A DNA stretch of 64,000 bases. Origin: Macrostomum lignano. Lineage: Eukaryota. Below are positions 41,853 to 64,000 of the stretch, in pieces. Each line of letters begins with the position of its first letter. Within the stretch, counting starts at the first letter, position 1. The DNA lies in assembly GCA_002269645.1 (NCBI GenBank), contig NIVC01001635.1, positions 186,001-250,000 on the forward strand, in the 5' to 3' direction. The notes below the pieces were generated by a model that was given only the letters and a program-made list of their open reading frames with translations, did no database searches and was not told where the DNA came from. The position numbers were made by a program, and so were the translations under genes.

Positions 41853-43220
41853 GGGTGTCAGGAATGCCAGAATCGGGTGTCAGGAATGCCAGAATCGGGT
41901 GTCAGGAATGCCAGAATCGGGTGTCAGGAATGCCAGAATCGGGTGTCAGTAATGCCAGAATCGGGTGTCAGTAATGCCAGAATCGGGTGTCAGGAATGCC
42001 AGAATCGTGTGTCAGGAATGCCAGAATCGGGTGTCAGGAATGCCAGAATCGGGTGTCAGGAATGCCAGAATCGGGTGTCAGGAATGCCAGAATCGTGTGT
42101 CAGGAATGCCAGAATCGGGTGTCAGTAATGCCAGAATCGGGTGTCAGTAATGCCAGAATCGGGTGTCAGTAATGCCAGAATCGGGTGTCAGGAATGCCAG
42201 AATCGGGTGTCAGTAATGCCAGAATCGGGTATCAGTTATGCCACAATTGGGTGTCAGTAATGCCACAATTGGGTGTCAGGAATGCCAGAATCGGATGTCA
42301 GTAATGCCAGAACCGGGTGTCAGTAATGCCAGAATCGGGTGTCAGGAATGCCAGAATCGGGTGTCAGTAATGCCACAATTGGGTGTCAATAATGCCACAA
42401 TTGGGTGTCAGTAATGCCAGAATCGGATGTCAGTAATGCCAGAACCGGGTGTCAGTAATGCCAGAATCGGGTGTCAGGAATGCCAGAATCGGGTGTCAGT
42501 AATGCCAGAATCGGGTGTCAGGAATGCCAGAATCGGGTGTCAGTAATGCCAGAATCGGGTGTCAGGAATGCCAGAATTGGGTGTCAGTAATGCCAGAATC
42601 GGGTGTCAGGAATGCCAGAATCGGGTGTCAGTAATGCCAGAATCGGGTGTCGGGAATGCCAGAATTGGGTGTCAGTAATGTTAGAATCGGGTGTCAGTAA
42701 TGCCAGAATCGGGTGTCAGGAATGCCAGAATCGGGTGTCAGGAATGCCAGAATTGGGTGTCAGTAATGCCAGAATCGGGTGTCAGTAATGCCAGAATTGG
42801 GTGTCAGTAATGTTAGAATCGGGTGTCAGTAATGCCAGAATTGGGTGTCAGTAATGCCAGAATCGGGTGTCAGTAATGCCAGAATTGGGTGTCAGTAATG
42901 TTAGAATCGGGTGTCAGTAATGCCAGAATCGGGTGTCAGGAATGCCGGAATTGGGTGTCAGTAATGCCAGAATCGGGTGTCAGTAATGCCAGAATTGGGT
43001 GTCAGTAATGTTAGAATCGGGTGTCAGTAATGCCAGAATTGGGTGTCAGTAATGCCAGAATCGGGTGTCAGTAATGCCAGAATTGGGTGTCAGTAATGTT
43101 AGAATCGGGTGTCAGTAATGCCAGAATCGGGTGTCAGTAATGCCAGAATTGGGTGTCAGTAATGTTAGAATCGGGTGTCAGTAATGCCAGAATTGGGTGT
43201 CAGTAAAGCCAGAATCGTTG
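41853..43220. repeat. 22-bp minisatellite (GGGTGTCAG(G/T)AATGCCAGAATC)
   Basis: About 60 units. Confidence 0.97.
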
Positions 43221-44019
43221 GCTAATCAATTTATAGCCTCGACCATGCCAAGGAATTCGGCCTCTTACTGCTCGTAGAGTTGCCTTCAACCATGGTAGGT
43301 TTATGAGCAAATCAATGAGCAAAGCCTGAAAGATGAGGCATCAGGAGAAGGGTCAGCTCTGACAATAGACCCGTCTTCATGCTTATCGTGTGAGTTCTTC
43401 TTCTTTAAAGTTGGTTTTTATCTGCCACAATTTATCTGCGATATCTATAGTGATACGAGTAGAAACGTTTGCTTTCGCGTACAGAAATTATATTATACTC
43501 AATCAGCAAGTTAGAGCCTATAAAAGCGTTTCTAAAAAATATAGAAAAATTGCAAAGTTTGACTCATCGGTTTCATTAATTTAATAGTATTTAAAACAAA
43601 TAAACAAAAAAATTAATTGAGTCACTCACACCAGTCGCTACTAACAGTAGTTCGATGTATTTTTTCACAGGTTAAATAAGTTTAGTATCAAGTTACCGTT
43701 GCTAAAGAACAAAAACATTTTTTGCTCCGGAAACTTAACTTTTGTTTTATTCCTACAGAGTTTGCATGGGGCGATAATTTTATCCAAGCTTCTATGTTTG
43801 CCCAGCTTTTAGTTTGATCAAACAAACTGCCTGCTGCTTTATTTACTCGTAGATTGCTTTACTTCTCCTCTGTTTGTTAACCATCATCAGCAAATTGCTG
43901 AGCTTGCGGAAACAGAGAGCTTGTATTTCAGACAAAAAAGATTGTTGCATAGTCTTCTTTTCTTAATAATGTATTCCATTTTTCGGATTGAAGCAGAGTT
44001 GGCTAAGATTGGATCATTA

Positions 44020-44205
44020 CGTAGAGTGCCTCATTTATCGTACAGTAGAGTGCCTCATTTATTGTACAATAGAGTGCCTCATTTATCGTACAGTAGAGTG
44101 CCTCATTTATTGTACAATAGAGTGCCTCATTTATCGTACAGTAGAGGGCCTCATTTATTGTACAGTAGAGAGCCTCATTTATCGTACAGTAGAGGGCCTC
44201 ATTTT
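44020..44205. repeat. 24-bp minisatellite (AGAGTGCCTCATTTAT.GTACAGT)
   Basis: About 7 units. Confidence 0.93.
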
Positions 44206-44317
44206 ATCATAGAATAAAGTGGTTTCTTTAGCATACAGTAGAGAGCTTCATTTAAAACATTAAGTACACGTGAATGTGGATGTGTGTCTCATTTATAATT
44301 CAGTAGATAGTATTCAC

Positions 44318-45080
44318 CCATTAGTGTCACACACGGAAAAGTGCCTCATTAGTGTCACACACAGAAAAGTGCCTCATTAGTGTCACACACGGAAGAGTGC
44401 CTAATTAGTGTCACTGTGTCACACATAGAAGAGTGCCTCATTAGTGTCACACTGTCACTCACAGGAGAGTGCCTAATTAGTGTCACACAGTCACACACAG
44501 GAGATTGCCTCATTAGTGTCACTCTTTCACGCACAGGAGAGTGCCTTATTAGTGTCACTCTTTCACACACAGGAGAGTGCCTTATTAGTGTCACACTGTC
44601 ACTTACAGAAGAGTGCCTCATTAGTGTCACACTGTCACTCACAGGAGAGTGCCTAATTAGTGTCACACAGTCACACACAGGAGATTGCCTCATTAGTGTC
44701 ACTCTTTCACGCACAGGAGAGTGCCTTATTAGTGTCACTCTTTCACACACAGGAGAGTGCCTTATTAGTGTCACACTGTCACTTACAGGAGAGTGCCTCA
44801 TTAGGCTCACACTGTCACACACAGGAGAGTGCCTCATTAGTGTCACACTGTCACTCACAGGAGAGTGCCTCATTAGTGTCACACTGTCACTCACAGGAGA
44901 GTGCCTTATTAGTGTCACACTGTCACTCACAGGAGAGTGCCTCATTAGTGTCACTCTGTCACACACAGAAGAGTGCCTCATTAATGTCACACTGTCACAC
45001 ACAGAAGAGTGCCTCATTAGTGTCACTCTGTCACACACAGAAGAGTGCCTCATTAATGTCACACTGTCACACACAGAAGA
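44318..45080. repeat. 36-bp minisatellite (GAGTGCCTCATTAGTGTCACACTGTCACACACAGAA), sharing the AGAGTGCCTCATT core with the neighbouring 24-bp array
   Basis: About 21 units with a 12-aa periodicity. Confidence 0.95.
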
Positions 45081-45774
45081 TTGCAGTAAAAAGTTCGCCT
45101 TCGTGGTCAAGTCTTGCAACTAGACATTTTGTAAGGCAAATAGAATATTAAATTTCGCGTTCCATGGCAAAGTCGTGGACTAAAAATGCGAAAGAAATCG
45201 CCTCCCTTCAAGCCAAAATTCTTGCCAAACTATTGTGCTATGTTAGAATTTTTCCCTAATTAATGTGGGAAAACAGGGAATCCAGCGCCCGCTACCCTGC
45301 GCGGCTGGTTCTGGCCAGCTGGTTCTGGAAAAGATATGAAATATTCATATTACCTGCCTCTTGCCTCTTCAACAAAGGCCAAAATGCAATTGCAGTTTAC
45401 CAGGGAGCTTCGCTATGGAGCAGAATAAAGAAAGGAGGGAGAAAAATGCTCTCTCTTGTCCCAACACGGCCGACGACAGGGCCCTGTAAGTAACGGCAGT
45501 TTCTGCAGGCACCAGAACCGCCTGGATGGCTAATATTTCTCGGCAAATTTTTTTGGCAAACGGTCTCTCATGGCTCACGCTCACCCATCCTGTCGTTTGT
45601 TTGCCTTCTGCTGTTTTGGACCGGTTGTCAAGCTGTTTCAGGGGGGGGAGGCGGTTGGGGAGGCTTAGCGAATGTGTGGGCGGGGGGACCCGCAGTGCTG
45701 GGGCGATGAAGCATGGAGTGCCAAGGTTGTAAAATCTGGATTGACCCGGCATCAGACGCAAAATTTAACAAGAC

Positions 45775-45986
45775 GGTTGCAGCCCAGTGGTCAGAGCGTC
45801 AGACTCGCGACTGAAAGGTCGGGGGTTCGATTCTCGATCCCACTCGGAACAATTTGTGTCTTTGAGCGAGACCCTTAACTCTGCATTGCTTCAGTTCACC
45901 CAGCTGTAAAATGGGTACCAGCATTAGCCCCCCCCCCAGTCCTTGGACTGAACAGCCGTACGCAGCCTTCAGATGCGCCTTGCACA
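45775..45986 (+). mobile_element. CORE-type SINE, near full length
   Basis: A-box GCAGCCCAGTGG, B-box GGTTCGATTC, CORE-like segment and hairpin-forming tail. Confidence 0.88.
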
Positions 45987-46383
45987 TCAATTACTAAGAA
46001 TAACATTATTCAAACTCCCAATATTTCACCTTTTGGACTTCAAAATAGTAAATTTGCGAGTAGCAGCTATATGTTTTCTTGCGGTTTATTAAAAAATCAC
46101 AATTTAATAATCAAGCTAATTATCAAAAAAACGCTACAGGAGCAGGAAAGCAATGTTTGTTCTGTTCCTATTGCTTTAAGCGTAATTTTTCTAGTGTGAA
46201 ATTTTTTGACACAATTTGCCAATGTCGAAACCTCAGTTGAGTGTCAGTGCGGTAATGCAATTGGAAGGCCTATACTCAAATCCTAGACCTGTGCATGCAG
46301 TGCTCCTTGATTGGCGGTAGGCATCTCCGTCTGCTTGCAGCAATCTTGCTTGCTTCTACACGCTTGGCCTCTGTTTCGGCTTG

Positions 46384-46398
46384 GTTGCCATTGGCAAC
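46384..46398. promoter_or_regulatory. RFX X-box GTTGCCATTGGCAAC ~220 bp upstream of the polycystin-like start codon
   Basis: Perfect inverted half-sites at a promoter-proximal position; a reverse CCAAT (GATTGG) lies at ~46309. Confidence 0.6.
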
Positions 46399-46615
46399 AG
46401 AGAATTACAAAGCCTGGGAAGGGGATTCGGGGGGGGGAGGAGTGGGGAGGAAAGTTTCCATCGGGATTAAAGTTGCGCATACCTTTTACACAGGTCCTCT
46501 CCGCTCACAAATTCTGGACTAGCGTCTCATTGACATTGCTATCCACATACTTACATACCAAAGAGCTTAACGTTGAGAAGATATTCGACAATAAATCATA
46601 TTATTGTCCAGCTAG

Positions 46616-64000
<17,385 letters not shown>

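Noticed and set aside
41877-45151. Cys-periodic ORFs (CQECQ; ECLISVTLSHT)
   Set aside because: 22-, 24- and 36-bp minisatellites that are open in several frames and on both strands
45255-45770. GC-rich unique stretch with short ORFs and a GTAAGT donor at ~45486
   Set aside because: No consistent frame or family signal; could be 5'UTR or non-coding exons but this cannot be supported
45775-45850. Possible tRNA gene (also 56085-56160)
   Set aside because: The tRNA-like A and B boxes lead straight into the SINE core, and there is no complete cloverleaf or acceptor stem

Overview
Eukaryotic genomic DNA from an intron- and repeat-rich invertebrate. A Macrostomum-like flatworm is my best guess from gene and repeat style; this is inference only. 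Six protein-coding genes can be assembled by hand with GT-AG introns and consistent reading-frame phases: (1) the 3' part of a two-KH, RING-less MEX-3-like RNA-binding protein (+); (2) TMEM33/Pom33 (-); (3) a 17-exon cytosolic carboxypeptidase of the AGBL2/3 (CCP2/3) tubulin-deglutamylase type (+); (4) a 500-aa orphan with a single coding exon (+); (5) a secreted C-type lectin with a PAN/apple-like domain (-); (6) the first ~2250 codons of a polycystin-1-like/REJ protein (signal peptide, WSC, PKD repeats, F5/8C, REJ) that runs off the window (+). Introns and spacers hold about 30 distinct micro/minisatellites, five copies of a tRNA-headed CORE-type SINE, an RTE-like LINE relic, a hAT end, a MITE and a foldback/Mutator-like element. 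The most notable unexplained signals are: RFX X-boxes at the two putative ciliary genes; a 2.5-kb CpG desert in which a SINE copy directly records CpG deamination; a SINE with a twin-priming-type inversion; homotypic AP-1 and CCAAT minisatellites in introns; and an exon bracketed by inverted, related repeat arrays. Most long ORFs in the supplied track are artefacts of repeats. All exon calls, alignments and counts were done by eye.
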